From positions 64,001-128,000 of the forward strand of contig CBDDEL010000014.1 in the NCBI GenBank assembly GCA_965226885.1: 64,000 nucleotides of DNA. Reading direction: 5' to 3'. This stretch comes from Opitutales bacterium. Lineage in GTDB: Bacteria; Verrucomicrobiota; Verrucomicrobiia; Opitutales; UBA2987. A program made the position numbers and the translations under genes. The notes under the pieces were generated by a model, which was not told the DNA's origin, searched no databases, and saw only the letters and a list, made by a program, of their open reading frames with translations. This document shows, piece after piece, positions 19,124 to 31,762 of this stretch (positions are counted from its first letter, which is position 1; each line of letters opens with the position of its first letter).

Positions 19124-22100
19124 ATGATTTTTTCAGTTTTCATTCGTACTCTATTTTTCGCGGCCCTTCTGCCGGTTTGCTTTGGGGCGCAAATTATTGG
19201 AGCACAGGAGTCAGGGGAAACTGCCGAAGCGGAGGTACTTACTGAGGAAGAGAAACCTGCAGCGCAAAATAAATTAACGCGCATTGTTTGAAATGGACGG
19301 GGAAAACTGGACAGTGGAATAAGGTGGTCTTGAACCACTAAATCCGCTAACCTATGAATGTTATTAAATCACGAAAGAGAAGACAATACAGTGCTGAGTT
19401 TAAAGCCCAAGTGGCCCTGGAAGCCATCAGGGGCGCTCATACCATCAACGAGATCGCCGGTCGTTTTGAGGTGCATCCCAACCAGGTGACCCAATGGAAG
19501 AAGCAGCTTTTGCAGGGAGCAACGGAGCTGTTTTCGCGCCAGCGGCAGACTCTCAGCAAGGACAACGAGACGGAAAAAGATCACCTTTACCAGGAGATTG
19601 GAAAGCTGAAAGTAGAATGCGATTGGCTAAAAAAAAAGTCTGAACAATTCGGTTGGTGAGAGGCGCAAGATGGTGCAACCACTTCAAGGAAAAATCAGTA
19701 TCGGCAGGCAATGTCAGTTGCTGGGGCTGGCCCGCGGCAGCTATTACTATCGGGCCCGTGCCCAGTGCGAGCAGAACGTTCTCTACATGCATCGCATGGA
19801 TGAGCTCTACACCCAATATCCGTTTTTTGGTTCTCGCCGGATGACCCAGTGGCTGCGTCGAGAGGGCCATGCAGTGGGACGAGGCCGCATCCAGCGGCTC
19901 ATGCGCCAAATGGGCCTGGAGGCTATTTATCCGCGTCGAAACTTGAGCCAGGGGCACCGGCAGCACCGCATTTTCCCTTATCTGCTGCGGGGTTTGGCGG
20001 TCGAGCGGCCCGACCAGGTATGGTGCAGCGACATCACTTACCTGCGGCTGAGCCGAGGATTCCTTTTCTTGACCGTGGTGTTGGACTGGTTCAGCCGCTA
20101 CGTGTTGAGCTGGCAGCTTTCCAACACCCTGGAGAGCCGCTTCTGTGTGCTCGCCCTGGAGGAAGCTCTGAGGCGGGCCCAACCTCAAATCTTCAACACC
20201 GATCAAGGCAGCCAGTTTACCGGCAGCGAGTTCACCTCGGTGCTGGGGCAAGCCGGGGTGCGCATCAGCATGGACGGGCGTGGCCGCTACCTGGACAACA
20301 TATTTGTTGAACGCTTTTGGAGAACCCTCAAGTATGAAGACATTTACCTGCGCGAATACGCCACGGCAAAGGAAGCCAGCGAAGGGATAGCCCGCTACCT
20401 GGACTTCTACAACCACCTGCGCCCCCACCAAGCCCTGGGCTACCGGACCCCGGCCGAAGTCCATGCAATCGGAGCAAAACCAACCTCCCCGCCAATACAG
20501 CTTGCGGGCACCTGCGTGCCCGTCTTTGGCTAAGGACAAAATATATTTTTAAAAAATAATATGAACACGATTTCCACCTTAATCCCACGTCAAAATTGTC
20601 CAAACAACCCCGTCCACTTCAGTCGAAGAATACTTTGAAAGCCGTTTTGTAGATGTTCGGGGGCCGTTGGATAATTTGCTGGGGACCTTGCCGGAAGGCT
20701 GGTCGGATGTGTCCGGGCCGGGTGCCGAGGTCTATTACGGGCCAGTTTATGACGATGTGCCGGAGGGTGAGAAGGCATTGCGCATGGTGGTTGTTTCCCC
20801 TGGGCGCGACAGCGCTGTGCTTGAGTATAAACCGATCCCTATCGAGAAAGGGCGGGTGCTCCAGATGGGGCTTACCCTGCGCAGTGAACAGCCCACCACT
20901 ATTATAATCGGTTTGCGATCCGGTTCCGACCCGGCGAAAATTTATTTTGAGCAGCCCATCCCGTGTCCCCTCGACTGGTCGAGCGGCGAAGTTGTGGTGC
21001 AGGCCACCGTGGACGACCCGGAGGCCCGTTTTTACCTGGAAATCGATAAAGAGGCCAGTATCGAGTTCGATGCCTTTTACCTGGAGCCTTACCGGACGAA
21101 ACAGGGGGCCGTTCTGCCTGTAATCCGTGAAGAATCGCCCAACCTTCTGCCCTCCAGTTCGTTTCCCGACGGGGTGCATGCCCCCTGGGTTTTGCTCAAC
21201 GCCGAATACCGGTATTCCGATGGTCTGGAGTTCGGGCCGACCGGCATTCCATCATTGAAGTGGGCCGGAGAAGGAGCTTCTCTGACGGCTCCTTTTTCCA
21301 GTAAAGGAAAAGGAGAATACACCTTTAGTCTGTATTTGAGGGGCAGCGTTCGGGGGCAAAAGCTCAGCTTGATCCTGACCCCTCCTCTGGCCAATCCGAA
21401 GCTCTATCCATTCCACCAGCGGGTGGTTGTGGACAAGGAATGGAAACGATACAGCACTACCGTGCCCTTGGAAATCGACATCGACGGTTACTACCTGGCG
21501 CACATCGTATCCCACTCGGTGGAACCGGTTTGGGTGGATGGATTGCAGGTGGAAAAAGCCGCCGTGATGACCCCACTGGCACGGACCGGCCCGGTGGAGA
21601 TCGTGGCCCAGCCGCTGAACCCGATGGGGATTGGTTTTGAAGGGGAGCAAATGGCCGTGCGCGTCACCATTTTTGGAGCGCTCTCCATGGCTCGGGAGGT
21701 AACCGGAACCCTTTTCGATATCGATGGGCGTCAATATTCCCTCAGTCCGCTGAAGGTAACCGGCAGCAAACCGATCAGCCGTACGGTCCTGCTGAAGGAT
21801 CTCGATGAACCTCCGCTGGGTTCCTACCGGCTGGAATTACAAGCCTGGGGAGATGGAGACAAACCGGTTTCGCGGCCGGCTGAAGCGCTTTTGCACCGGG
21901 TGCGGGCGCCGGCCAACCCAAGCCAAGCGTCCCCGGATTCACCTTTCGGAATCGAGGTGGCCCACATCAGCGAGCGGGCCGAAGAAATCGGCGTGGCCAA
22001 GGCATTGGGGTTTAAATGGGTGCGGGACGTCCTCAATTTTACGTGGAAAAATGCCGCCCCCGAACCGGACAGCAAAGTGTTTGAAAAAGCGGATATGGCC

Positions 22101-23228
22101 AGCTCGGTTTATCAACAACTGGGCATGGAGGTTCTGGCCGTTCTGGGGCCGGCCCCGGCCTGGGCTCTCGACCAGCCAGAGGATTTTCCCCTGGATCTGC
22201 CGCTACTGCCCGCCGACTCAGAATCCTGGTCTCAATATATTGCAGAAACGGTTGACCGCTTCAAGGACGTCATCCGGGCCTGGGAACCCTGGCCCTTGGT
22301 TTACTCCGAGCGCACTCTTTCCGCTCTGTCCCTGAAAGACCAGCAGGATCCATCGAAAAGCGAAAATGATTCCGCTTCCCAAGGGTCTTCCGGAAAAGAA
22401 ATTCAACCAATTCTAGCCAATCCGCAAGACTATGCAGCCATGCAGAAGGCGGCCTATGAGGCTATCAAGGAACAGGCGAAATCCGCCCTTGTGGCAGTCA
22501 ATCTCAACCTCAACGGTGAACGAACGAAGGGCGGGGAATTGCTGGCGGCGGGAATCACTGCGGATGCCGACGCGATCAGTTTTCAGGATAATTTCGACAA
22601 GGAATCCTCTCTGGAAAGGCTGGTTGAGGATTTTTCCTGGCTGGCCGATCAAATGCCGGTGCAGGAAAGATTTTGGCAGGTGCAGGCCCGCGCCAATGTT
22701 TCGCGCATTTTTAATTTTTATCAGCACGTTGTACCCGTTTTTCCGGTTGAAGCCGCAAAATCCGAAGCGGCTGCCACGGTACGTTATTACCTGGCTCTAT
22801 TATCGGGAAAAGTGGAACGCTTTTTTGTCCCCGGCTATGCCATCGACCCCTTTAAAGACCTTTGGCAGCCGGGACCCCGTATCTTCAACGTTGACGGCCG
22901 CCTGAACCCCAATGCGAGTGCGCTTTCCAATATGATGTGGCACCTGGAGGGGAAAAAACCGGCCGATGTTTACCTAATCGAGGAAGATTTTGATTTATTC
23001 ACTTTCGCCGATGAGGAAGGCGCGGTGGGAGTGCTCGTGAGCAAGAATGGTTCCGCCTTAAAATTCAAATCCATGGTGGAAAAAGTCGAAGTTCGCGGGA
23101 TGTTCGGCAACGCCATCAAGTTTCCCGCCGAGGTGGGGCGGACCCCGACTTATTTCAGCGCCGACAGCTTCTCCGCCGCCCAAATGAACTTCCTATTTAC
23201 AATGATCAGCTACCGCCGGGTGGAGTAG
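19124..23228 (+). pseudogene. large secreted CBM/glycoside-hydrolase-like protein split by IS3 element B after codon 55
   Basis: Signal-peptide-like ORF 19124-19288 rejoins in frame with 20622-23228 when the IS is removed. Clan GH-A-like segments (LGFKWVR, W..YI..TV.RFK..I.AWE). Confidence 0.7.
19289..20621 (+). mobile_element. IS3-family element B (1333 bp); orfA 19354-19659, orfB to 20533, A-run frameshift site
   Basis: Ends TGAAATGGACGGGG...CCCCGTCCACTTCA; WCSDITY, NTDQGSQF, ERFWRTLK; flanks GTT/GTC. Confidence 0.95.
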
Positions 23229-23895
23229 ATTGCTCTAGCATTGATGCGGGTATGATACTGTAGGCGCAGCGCCGGGCGCCCGCCTGGATATGTTCGGTTC
23301 GCTCGACCTTCACATCCGAACCGAGTGATTTTTGGAATACCTCCAGCTCCATATCGCATAATCCCAGGCAGGAGGCGGCCGCATCGCAGATCGGGCAATG
23401 GTTTTCCACCAGAAGCAGCGATTGATCCTCCTGTTCCTTAACTTCCGCCATATATCCCTCGTCGGATCGGATCTCGGCCAGAATTTTTACTCGGTCAACC
23501 AGAGATTTCTTTCCGCAAAGCCGACCCTGGTAATCTTCCACTTGTTCTTTGGCCCGGATGGACAGCAGGCGTTCCATCCCCCGGGAACCAAAGGCCTTGC
23601 CCATGCTGCGGATCAAACTCACTGACAGGTCCGCATGGCCGTTGTGAAAAAAACGATTGGCCTCAGGTCTCAGACGCCAGATTTTAGCCGGACGGCCGAG
23701 GGGCCGGGGTTCCTCCTGGCAATCGATAAAATTTTGTTCTTGAAGGGAATAAAGATGCAAACGGACGGCCATAGTGGTTGTTCCGAATCGCTCCGCAATG
23801 GATTTGGCATCCATCGGCCCTCGTTCCTTGAGCCACTGCATGATGGCCCGCCGGGCGCGTTGGTCGGAAGAAGAACCGGGGGGTTTTATTTTCAT
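23206..23895 (-). CDS. ArsR/SufR-like HTH transcriptional regulator
   Basis: N-terminal HTH, GRP motif, EGYMAE, ENHCPI...C..E...C cysteine pattern. Confidence 0.85.
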   Translation of the reverse strand: MKIKPPGSSSDQRARRAIMQWLKERGPMDAKSIAERFGTTTMAVRLHLYSLQEQNFIDCQEEPRPLGRPAKIWRLRPEANRFFHNGHADLSVSLIRSMGKAFGSRGMERLLSIRAKEQVEDYQGRLCGKKSLVDRVKILAEIRSDEGYMAEVKEQEDQSLLLVENHCPICDAAASCLGLCDMELEVFQKSLGSDVKVERTEHIQAGARRCAYSIIPASMLEQSTPPGGS

Positions 23896-23904
23896 GCATT
23901 TTTT

Positions 23905-23959
23905 GTAAAGAAAAATATTGACTAAGTCAAGTTTATACTATGTAAAGGAAATACTTTAC
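23905..23959. promoter_or_regulatory. candidate operator pair in a divergent promoter region
   Basis: Perfect dyad GTAAAG-N6-CTTTAC (23942-23959), degenerate copy 23905-23922, and dyad TTGACTAAGTCAA (23918-23930). Confidence 0.55.
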
Positions 23960-23974
23960 TTAATTAAAATAAAA

Positions 23975-24550
23975 ATGAAACAAAAAATAGCAGTTATTAG
24001 TTGTTCACTGAATAAAACGAGCTGGTCCAGGATATTGGCCAATCGGGTGACTGAAGCCCTTTGCGATCTGGGATCGGAGGTCGAATTCATTGATTTGCAG
24101 GATTTTCAACTGCCGCTTTGCGACGGCGGCCCGGCCTACGAGAATGCGAATGTGATCAAATTGACGGAGCGGATTGCGGCGATGAAGTCAGTTCTTCTGG
24201 CCGTGCCGGTTTACAATTACTACGCCAATGCGGCGGCAAAAAACCTGATCGAATTAACGGGAAACGCCTGGGAAGACAAGATCGTCGGGTTTCTGGCGAC
24301 GGCCGGTGGTCAATCGAGTTATATGTCGGTGATGTCGCTGGCCAACCAGCTCATGTTCGATTTTCGGTGCCTGGTGGTTCCCCGATTCGTTTACGCTACA
24401 GGAAGCGATTTCGGCCCGGCGACCGACGGCAGGGAAAAGCTTATTAGCCCAAAAATTGAAAATCGGGTTCAAGAACTGGCGGAAGCAATCCTGAACCTGG
24501 CAAATGGTCTTCAATTTACAAAAGAACAAGAAAGGAGAAACGAGAAATGA
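23975..24550 (+). CDS. NADPH-dependent FMN reductase family protein
   Basis: Flavodoxin-like S.SL...S.S, PVYN, KNLIEL motifs. Confidence 0.87.
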   Translation: MKQKIAVISCSLNKTSWSRILANRVTEALCDLGSEVEFIDLQDFQLPLCDGGPAYENANVIKLTERIAAMKSVLLAVPVYNYYANAAAKNLIELTGNAWEDKIVGFLATAGGQSSYMSVMSLANQLMFDFRCLVVPRFVYATGSDFGPATDGREKLISPKIENRVQELAEAILNLANGLQFTKEQERRNEK

Positions 24551-24966
24551 AATGCCAATTGGAACATGCCAATATAACTGTCGAAGATATGGATGAAGCG
24601 GTCCGCTTTTTATCAACGGCTTTTTCCCATTTTAAAGAACGCGGAGGCGGCAAAAACAATCAAGGTGCCCGCTGGCTGCACTTTGGGACTGACGACCATT
24701 ATATCGCTTTGCAGGAAGCGGTTCAAGTTGAAGAAAATGACCGTTGGCCCTACAACGATCCTGGCGTCAACCACCTGGGTTACGCGGTTGACGATGTGGA
24801 TTCGATCAAACGGCGATTGCAGGATGCCGGCTATGAAGAAGGAATGGTCCCGGAACCCCACCCCTACCGAAAGCGGGTTTATTTTTATGACCGGACAGGT
24901 TTCGAGTGGGAATTCGTGCAATATTATTCAGACGATCCCAAGGAGCGCAACGACTACTCGCAATAG
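24547..24966 (+). CDS. VOC/glyoxalase family protein
   Basis: LEHANITV, NHLGYAV, YFYD..G.EWEFV. Confidence 0.88.
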   Translation: MKCQLEHANITVEDMDEAVRFLSTAFSHFKERGGGKNNQGARWLHFGTDDHYIALQEAVQVEENDRWPYNDPGVNHLGYAVDDVDSIKRRLQDAGYEEGMVPEPHPYRKRVYFYDRTGFEWEFVQYYSDDPKERNDYSQ

Positions 24967-25006
24967 GCTTCGCAACTGAACAAACGGGTATTGGGGAATT
25001 GAGTAT

Positions 25007-25768
25007 TCAACCCACCTCAGTGAAAATATTTTTGACCGAGGCGGCGGCGTAATCGCGGTTCATCTTGGCGATGACGTCGAGAGGGATTTCTTTGGGACAA
25101 ACGGCGGAGCACTCGCCGTAATTGGTGCAATTGCCGAAACCGGCAGCATCCATGCTGGCTACCATGCTCAATACGCGCCTATCTTTCTCCGCCGCGCCCT
25201 GGGGCAGTAGATTGAGGTGGGCCACCTTGGCTCCCACAAAGAGCATGGCAGAGGCATTTTTACAGGCCGCCACACAAGCTCCGCAGCCGATGCAGGAAGC
25301 GGCGTCCATGGCCTTGTCAGCGATCGTTTTGCCCAGCGCAATGGCATTCCCATCGGGAGCGCTCCCGGCGCGGGCGGTAATGTATCCTCCTGATTGAATA
25401 ATGCCGTCAAAAGCTGAACGGTCCACCACGAGATCGCGAATAACCGGAAAGGGCCTGGCCCGAAAGGGCTCGATGACGATGGTTTCCCCATCCCGGAAAT
25501 GACGCATGTGCAACTGACAGGTAGTGGTCGCTCTCTGCGGCCCGTGGGGAATCCCGTTGATGTTGATGGAGCAGGTCCCGCAAATCCCCTCCCGGCAATC
25601 GTGATCGAAGGCCACCGGCTCTTCTCCTTTATACACCAGATCTTCGTTGAGAAGGTCCAACATTTCGAGAAAAGATGAATCGGCCGAAACGTCATCCAGC
25701 GGGTAGTCAACCAGGTGGCCTTCTTCTTGCGGGTTTTTTTGCCGCCATATTTTAAGATTCAGCTTCAT
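25007..25768 (-). CDS. sdhB: succinate dehydrogenase/fumarate reductase iron-sulfur subunit
   Basis: [33 protein letters not shown]. Confidence 0.95.
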   Translation of the reverse strand: MKLNLKIWRQKNPQEEGHLVDYPLDDVSADSSFLEMLDLLNEDLVYKGEEPVAFDHDCREGICGTCSININGIPHGPQRATTTCQLHMRHFRDGETIVIEPFRARPFPVIRDLVVDRSAFDGIIQSGGYITARAGSAPDGNAIALGKTIADKAMDAASCIGCGACVAACKNASAMLFVGAKVAHLNLLPQGAAEKDRRVLSMVASMDAAGFGNCTNYGECSAVCPKEIPLDVIAKMNRDYAAASVKNIFTEVG

Positions 25769-25800
25769 TGATTCGGACTTACAAAATTCTCATCAGTCAC

Positions 25801-27717
25801 TCATTTGTAACTGCGCACGGATAGGGAAACATTTTCGAAATTCAGGTCTTCGACATGTTTAACCGGCAGGGCGTCGTCACCTTTATGCTCCCAGACTGAA
25901 ACATTGGCAAAATTCTCGTCGTCGCGCACGGCCTCACCCTCCCCGGTCTGGCGCTCCTCGCGGAAATGGCCCCCGCAGGACTCATCGCGGTCGAGCGCAT
26001 CCCTTACCATCAACTCACCGAATTCCATAAAATCGGCCACCCGTCCGGCCCGCTCCAGCTCCATATTCAATTCCTCTCCCTGTCCGGTGACACGCAAATC
26101 GCTCCAAAATTCGTCCCGCAGACCCGGGATTATATCAAGGGCTTTTTGCAGTCCCCGGGCATTGCGCGCCATCCCGCAATACTCCCATACGATCTTACCC
26201 AACTCCATGTGAAAGGATCGCGCCGAGCGTTTGCCTTCGATGCCCAGAAGCCGCCCAATCTTGCCCTTTACCTTGGTTTCGACCTCCTTGAACTCCGCGC
26301 TATCGGTGGAAGGCGCACCGGCCCCGGTTTCCGCCAGGTAATTGGCCAGGGTATAGGGAATGATGAAATAACCGTCGGCCAAACCCTGCATGAGGGCGCT
26401 GGCGCCGAGGCGGTTGGCCCCGTGATCGGAAAAATTGGCCTCTCCTAGGACGAAACAGCCGGGGATGGTGCTTTGCAGGTTATAATCCACCCACAGACCA
26501 CCCATCGTGTAATGGAGCGCAGGGTAAATGCGCATGGGCCGTTGGTAGGCATTTTCACCCGTTATGCGCTCATACATTTCAAAGAGATTGCCGTAACGCT
26601 CCTCAATGGTGGACCGGCCCAGCCGCTCGATCGAATCGGCAAAATCGAGGTAAACGCCGCGGCCTCCGGGGCCGATCCCACGCCCGTCGTCGCAAGCCTC
26701 CTTGGCCGAGCGCGAAGAGATGTCTCTGGGGGCCAGGTTGCCGAAACTCGGGTATTTGCGTTCGAGGTAATAATCCCGGTATTGCTCGGCAATTAGCCTT
26801 GGATCCTGAGGGCAATCCTCCGCCTTTTTCGGCACCCAGACCCGCCCGTCATTGCGCAGCGATTCGGACATCAGGGTGAGTTTGCTCTGGTGGTCCCCGG
26901 CTTGCGGAATGCAGGTAGGGTGAATTTGGGTGTAACAGGGGTTGGCAAAACCGGCGCCTCTTTTGTAGGCCCGAAAGGCGGCCGTCACATTGCATCCGGC
27001 GGCATTGGTGGAGAGAAAGAAAACATTGCTATAACCGCCGGTGGCCAGGATGACGGCATCGGCGCTCCAGGATTCAATTTGCCCGCTGACCAGGTTGCGT
27101 GTCACGATGCCCTTGGCGTGCCCGTTGACCAGAACGAGGTCGAGCATCTCGTGCCGGTTGTGCATTTTCACCTGGCCAAGACCAATCTGGAGGCTGAGCG
27201 CGCTGTAGGCCCCCAACAGTAGCTGCTGCCCGGTTTGGCCGCGGGCATAAAAAGTGCGGGAAACCTGCGCCCCGCCAAAGGAGCGGTTGGCCAGCAAACC
27301 GCCGTATTCGCGGGCAAAAGGGACGCCCTGGGCTACGCACTGGTCGATGATGTTGCCACTTAACTGGGCCAGCCGGTAAACGTTGGCCTCACGTGAGCGG
27401 TAGTCGCCCCCTTTGATGGTGTCGTAAAAAAGCCGGTAATCGCTGTCCCCGTCGTTCTGGTAATTTTTGGACGCGTTGATGCCTCCCTGGGCGGCGATGC
27501 TGTGGGCGCGCCGGGGGCTGTCCTGGTAGCAGAAACAATCCACGTTATAACCCAGTTCGCCCAGCGTAGCCGCCGCCGACCCGCCGGCAAGCCCGGAACC
27601 GACCACAATAACCCGGTATTTTCGCCGGTTGGCGGGATTGACCAGCTTGATGCGGAACTTGCGGTTGTCCCATTTGTCGGTCAGAGGACCGGATGGTATT
27701 TTTGCATCGAGATTCAT
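25801..27717 (-). CDS. sdhA: succinate dehydrogenase/fumarate reductase flavoprotein subunit
   Basis: [36 protein letters not shown]. Confidence 0.96.
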   Translation of the reverse strand: MNLDAKIPSGPLTDKWDNRKFRIKLVNPANRRKYRVIVVGSGLAGGSAAATLGELGYNVDCFCYQDSPRRAHSIAAQGGINASKNYQNDGDSDYRLFYDTIKGGDYRSREANVYRLAQLSGNIIDQCVAQGVPFAREYGGLLANRSFGGAQVSRTFYARGQTGQQLLLGAYSALSLQIGLGQVKMHNRHEMLDLVLVNGHAKGIVTRNLVSGQIESWSADAVILATGGYSNVFFLSTNAAGCNVTAAFRAYKRGAGFANPCYTQIHPTCIPQAGDHQSKLTLMSESLRNDGRVWVPKKAEDCPQDPRLIAEQYRDYYLERKYPSFGNLAPRDISSRSAKEACDDGRGIGPGGRGVYLDFADSIERLGRSTIEERYGNLFEMYERITGENAYQRPMRIYPALHYTMGGLWVDYNLQSTIPGCFVLGEANFSDHGANRLGASALMQGLADGYFIIPYTLANYLAETGAGAPSTDSAEFKEVETKVKGKIGRLLGIEGKRSARSFHMELGKIVWEYCGMARNARGLQKALDIIPGLRDEFWSDLRVTGQGEELNMELERAGRVADFMEFGELMVRDALDRDESCGGHFREERQTGEGEAVRDDENFANVSVWEHKGDDALPVKHVEDLNFENVSLSVRSYK

Positions 27718-27718
27718 T

Positions 27719-28477
27719 TTAGGGAGTTAAAGTGAGCGATTGTGCCAGGGTCTGAGCGGCCTCCACATGTTCCTTGTCGAGAATGTCGATGCCGGCGTGT
27801 TCGGTCAGCAGCACGGCCACCGGAATGGAAATAAAACCAAGAAGAACGATCCACCCGTAAGCGGCCGCGGCCAGGCCCAGAATACCGCGCCATTTCTCGT
27901 TGCGCCAGCCCATGGTTTGAAACATGCTTGAGACCCCGTGGGAAAGGTGCGGGCAGAGCAAGGCCATGCAAGCAATATAAAATACCGAGACCCACCAATG
28001 GGAAAATCCCAGATACATCATGGCGTAAATATCGTGCACCGTTTCCCCATGCAGGTTAAAGGGCAGATTGCTGTAATCGTAAATATTTCGCACCGTAAAA
28101 TGGAAGAGGTGAAAAACGATGAAAAACAGAAGGATTAAACCCGTGTAAGGCATCGACCGGGATGACAAAGTAGCCTCCACGGTGGCCTCTTTTTCGTAGC
28201 GGTCCGGGCGGGCCAGGCGGTTCTCGACCGTCAATACAACGGCCGTCCAAACGTGTACTATAACACAGATTAGCAGAAAAAGACGAATTCCCCATAATAT
28301 GACCCCCGGCAGCGATTGCAATTTATGCCCATAGGCGTTGATATATTCAGGCGACAGAAAAATTTGCGCATTTCCCGCCATATGGCCAAAAACGAACCCG
28401 GCCAGAACAAAACCGCTTAAGGCCATCAAATATTTTTTGCCTATAGAGGATTTCAACAACTGGCAAAACGAATTCAT
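27719..28477 (-). CDS. sdhC: succinate dehydrogenase cytochrome b subunit (single anchor, ~5 TM)
   Basis: SSIGKK.LMALSG and four TM His ligands; first gene of the sdh operon. Confidence 0.92.
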   Translation of the reverse strand: MNSFCQLLKSSIGKKYLMALSGFVLAGFVFGHMAGNAQIFLSPEYINAYGHKLQSLPGVILWGIRLFLLICVIVHVWTAVVLTVENRLARPDRYEKEATVEATLSSRSMPYTGLILLFFIVFHLFHFTVRNIYDYSNLPFNLHGETVHDIYAMMYLGFSHWWVSVFYIACMALLCPHLSHGVSSMFQTMGWRNEKWRGILGLAAAAYGWIVLLGFISIPVAVLLTEHAGIDILDKEHVEAAQTLAQSLTLTP

Positions 28478-28839
28478 GAAAACATGCCTGGTAATGGGTT
28501 GGAAACCTTGGGCTCAAGGTGCCCAACCATCCTAAATCTATGATCCTCTGCACGAAAAAAGTAAAGGATTTTCAGGCCGGCACATAGATTATCTGCCACT
28601 TATAAGAGTTCGCTAATTCCGCCAGAAACTCCTCTAATGCCACCTCAAGCCCACATCCGCTCAACTAGGATGCGATTCGGAATAAAATGGAATCGTTCTC
28701 CAAATAACGCGTTATTATCGATCATTCCCAGAATTTGTAAAATAAATTACGGTATTTCTTGCCAAAGTAGGAAAATTCAGGACAATATATTTTTGGCATT
28801 AGACGTTTGAGAAAAATTAAGGTGAGAGGAGACTTCAAG

Positions 28840-29064
28840 ATGGCGAAGAGAAAAAATCCAAAGAACAAAGGCATATCACGGATCGATTCCGGTTCTACCC
28901 ATGGTTGGTTTGTAAGAGGGTATAAGAATGGGGAGACCTATTCCAAATTGTTTAGCGATTTGAAATGTGGGGGAAAACGAAAAGCGCAAAGACTGGCCCG
29001 CGAACACCGCGATGAACTCCACGCCCGGTTGAACAAAATACCAACCAAAAGACGGGGCCGTTGA
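28840..29064 (+). CDS. small AP2-domain-like DNA-binding protein
   Basis: RBS GAGGAG; GISRID...HGWFVR...SKLFSD...GG..KA...A...R pattern. Confidence 0.65.
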   Translation: MAKRKNPKNKGISRIDSGSTHGWFVRGYKNGETYSKLFSDLKCGGKRKAQRLAREHRDELHARLNKIPTKRRGR

Positions 29065-29240
29065 ACCCAACCCCGTTTGGGCATTAACGGAATACCCGAA
29101 ATAAACAGATTCCATCGTCAGGCAGGGGTTTTTCAAGCCTGATTTCATGAAGGACAAATGAAGCCTTTACAGGGCGTTTGTCCACGGTGGTCGATTAACG
29201 TTATTTTCTCGCAAAATAGCTTTGCAAATTATTGTGGAAA

Positions 29241-29318
29241 TGGCGTCCCGTAGGGGATTTGAACCCCTGTTGCAGGGATGAGAACCCTGAGTCCTGGGCC
29301 GGGCTAGACGAACGGGAC
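29241..29318 (-). tRNA. tRNA-Glu (anticodon CTC)
   Basis: Acceptor GTCCCGT/ACGGGAC, anticodon arm CAGGG-TTCTCAT-CCCTG, T-loop TTCAAAT, encoded CCA. Confidence 0.96.
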
Positions 29319-29395
29319 CCTTCCCGGATTGTCGTTTACATTACGTTCATCGGCATAGTTGTCAACCTGCCATCGGATTTAGGCCTGCATCGTAT

Positions 29396-31657
29396 TTAGC
29401 GGCCCCTGACCGGTTCTCCGGCCAGAAGCCGTGCCATTACAGTAACATCGTTGGTGGGTAGTTGGCAGACGAAATCTTCACAAATGAACGCCGTCGTCCT
29501 ACCGTCGATGGGAACCATGGCGCCCAGTGCAGCATTGTTTTTACTCAAAAATTTCTGCCCCTCGGCCCCGTCGGCGAGGAGGACAATTTTGTTGGGTAGG
29601 TAGTTCCGGTAAACCTCACGCAAGAGGACTCGGGTGTTTTCCGAATCGAGTTTTCCCGCCAGAATGATCTGTTTTGGTTTGGCCCGGAAGAAATCGTAGG
29701 CCGCCAGCATGAGGGGCATGGAGGTGGGGTTTTCCTCCAGACTGGAAGCAAAAGCCTGCAAGGTTTTTTCGGCCTTCGTGTGGTATTCATCCCTTCCGGT
29801 TATTTGAACAAGCCGGAGTAAATTGAGGGCCGATACGGAATTGACGGAGGGCTCTGCCCCGTCGAATCGCTCCTTCATCCGCAGGAGAATGCGTGCATCC
29901 CGGTCCGTTACATTGAAAAATCCACCATTTTCAGCATCGAAAAAGAGTTTGTTCTGAGTCTCCTGAAGTCTCACCGCCCAGGGCAGCCATCTGATTTCAA
30001 ACGATGCCTGGTAAAGATCGAGCAGCCCCTGGATGAGAAATGCGTAATCGTCGCCAAATGCAGCGGTGTCACCGGGGCCATTCCGGTAGAGGCGCAGAAG
30101 AGCGCCTTTTTCTTCATTATAGAGGTTTTTCCTGATAAAATTTGCCGAGCGTGTGGCCCGCGCCAGGTATTTCGGTTGGTCCAGGATAATCGCTCCACGG
30201 GCCAAGGCGGATATCATGAGGCCGTTCCAGGAGGTGATGATTTTGTCGTCCAGATGTGGCCGGGGCCGCTTATTTCGAACTGCTAATAGAAGGATCCGGC
30301 TTTCCTCCAGCATTTTTTCAACGGCCGATGGAGAAAGTTCGAATTGATCCGCCGTCTCCTGTGCGGAATGGCTTTGCTTCAGAATATTGCTGTTCTCAAA
30401 ATCCCCGCGCGGATCGCTGCCTGGGGGAGCGTTTCCGGAAGCATTTACGCCGTAGTAATAATTGAAAACGGTTCCCTTTTTTAGGCCCAGGATTTTCAGG
30501 ATTTCCTCCTCCGGCCAAATATAAAAAGCCCCCTCCGTTTTTTCGTGGCTATCCCGGGAAGGCAGGCTGTCGGCATCTTCGGCGGAGTAAAACCCCCCCT
30601 CGGCATCAGTCATGATTTCGGCGACATAGGAAAAAATGCGGCGGGCCGTATCGGCGTATTTTGCTTCGCCGGTAATTTGAAAGGCGTCCAGACAGGCATT
30701 GGCCAACTGGGCTTGATTGTAGAGCATTTTTTCGAAATGAGGGACGTGCCAAAATCGATCGACCGAATAGCGGTGGAAACCTCCTCCCAAATGATCCCGG
30801 ATGCCTCCCGCGATGATGGAGTCGAGGGTAAACAATGCCATCTTGAGGGCCTTTATGCCGCGTGGGTCTGATAACTTCTTGGCGGCATAATAATGGAAAA
30901 GGAAATTGAGAGTGACCGGCCGCGGAAATTTCGGCGGCTGCCCAAACCCCCCTTCGGTCTCATCGAACCTCCCTCTCAATTGCTCAAAGGCCGCTTCCAT
31001 GTGTTCGATTCCCAGGCCCAGGCCGCCTTTACCCGGACCTGGACCCATTTTTTTCAATTCTTCCACAAAGAGCTTTCCCTGGGCTAAAATCTCCTCCCGG
31101 TGTTCCTTCCAGACCTCGGTCCAGTGTTGCAACACCCGGGGGAAACCGGGCCGCCCGTAGCCGTCCTCCGGCGGGAAATAGGTTCCCCCGAAGATGGGGG
31201 TGAGGTCAGGCGTCAGCCAGACGCTCATCGGCCAACCGCCGCTGCCGGTGGAGGCCTGCACAAAAGTCATGTAAACCTTGTCCACATCCGGGCGCTCCTC
31301 GCGGTCCACCTTTATGCTGACATAGGATTCATTCATGAGGGCGGCGGTTTCGTGATTTTCAAAGGACTCATGCTCCATCACATGGCACCAGTGGCAGGTG
31401 CTATAACCGACCGATAGAAAAATCATTTTATCCTCTTTTCGGGCCTTCTCAAAAGCCTCCTCCCCCCAAGGATACCAATCGACGGGATTATCCGCATGCT
31501 GTCGCAAATAAGGAGACTTCTCCAAAGCCAATCGGTTGGATTTCACACCAACCGCCACCTCCCCGCCAAAACCATTCGAAAACAATCCCAGAACAACAGC
31601 GGCTACAAAACAGCGACCGGCATTGGGAAGCTGGTATTTAAAGGCAAAATTCATCAA
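29396..31657 (-). CDS. thioredoxin-domain protein, YyaL/SSP411 family
   Basis: [42 protein letters not shown]. Confidence 0.93.
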   Translation of the reverse strand: MMNFAFKYQLPNAGRCFVAAVVLGLFSNGFGGEVAVGVKSNRLALEKSPYLRQHADNPVDWYPWGEEAFEKARKEDKMIFLSVGYSTCHWCHVMEHESFENHETAALMNESYVSIKVDREERPDVDKVYMTFVQASTGSGGWPMSVWLTPDLTPIFGGTYFPPEDGYGRPGFPRVLQHWTEVWKEHREEILAQGKLFVEELKKMGPGPGKGGLGLGIEHMEAAFEQLRGRFDETEGGFGQPPKFPRPVTLNFLFHYYAAKKLSDPRGIKALKMALFTLDSIIAGGIRDHLGGGFHRYSVDRFWHVPHFEKMLYNQAQLANACLDAFQITGEAKYADTARRIFSYVAEIMTDAEGGFYSAEDADSLPSRDSHEKTEGAFYIWPEEEILKILGLKKGTVFNYYYGVNASGNAPPGSDPRGDFENSNILKQSHSAQETADQFELSPSAVEKMLEESRILLLAVRNKRPRPHLDDKIITSWNGLMISALARGAIILDQPKYLARATRSANFIRKNLYNEEKGALLRLYRNGPGDTAAFGDDYAFLIQGLLDLYQASFEIRWLPWAVRLQETQNKLFFDAENGGFFNVTDRDARILLRMKERFDGAEPSVNSVSALNLLRLVQITGRDEYHTKAEKTLQAFASSLEENPTSMPLMLAAYDFFRAKPKQIILAGKLDSENTRVLLREVYRNYLPNKIVLLADGAEGQKFLSKNNAALGAMVPIDGRTTAFICEDFVCQLPTNDVTVMARLLAGEPVRGR

Positions 31658-31762
31658 AAATTTGTATTTAATTTGCGTCTATTAGAGTTCATTCGCGGTT
31701 CAAAACTTCCAGCCCCTTATACCATATTTTTCAAAATCCCGCAATCCCGCAATAGATAGGTT

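Noticed and set aside
29139..29160. IS1380 IR-like sequence near the tRNA
   Set aside because: Only a short gapped match (ATTTCATGAAGG) with no partner end or YTAG flank.
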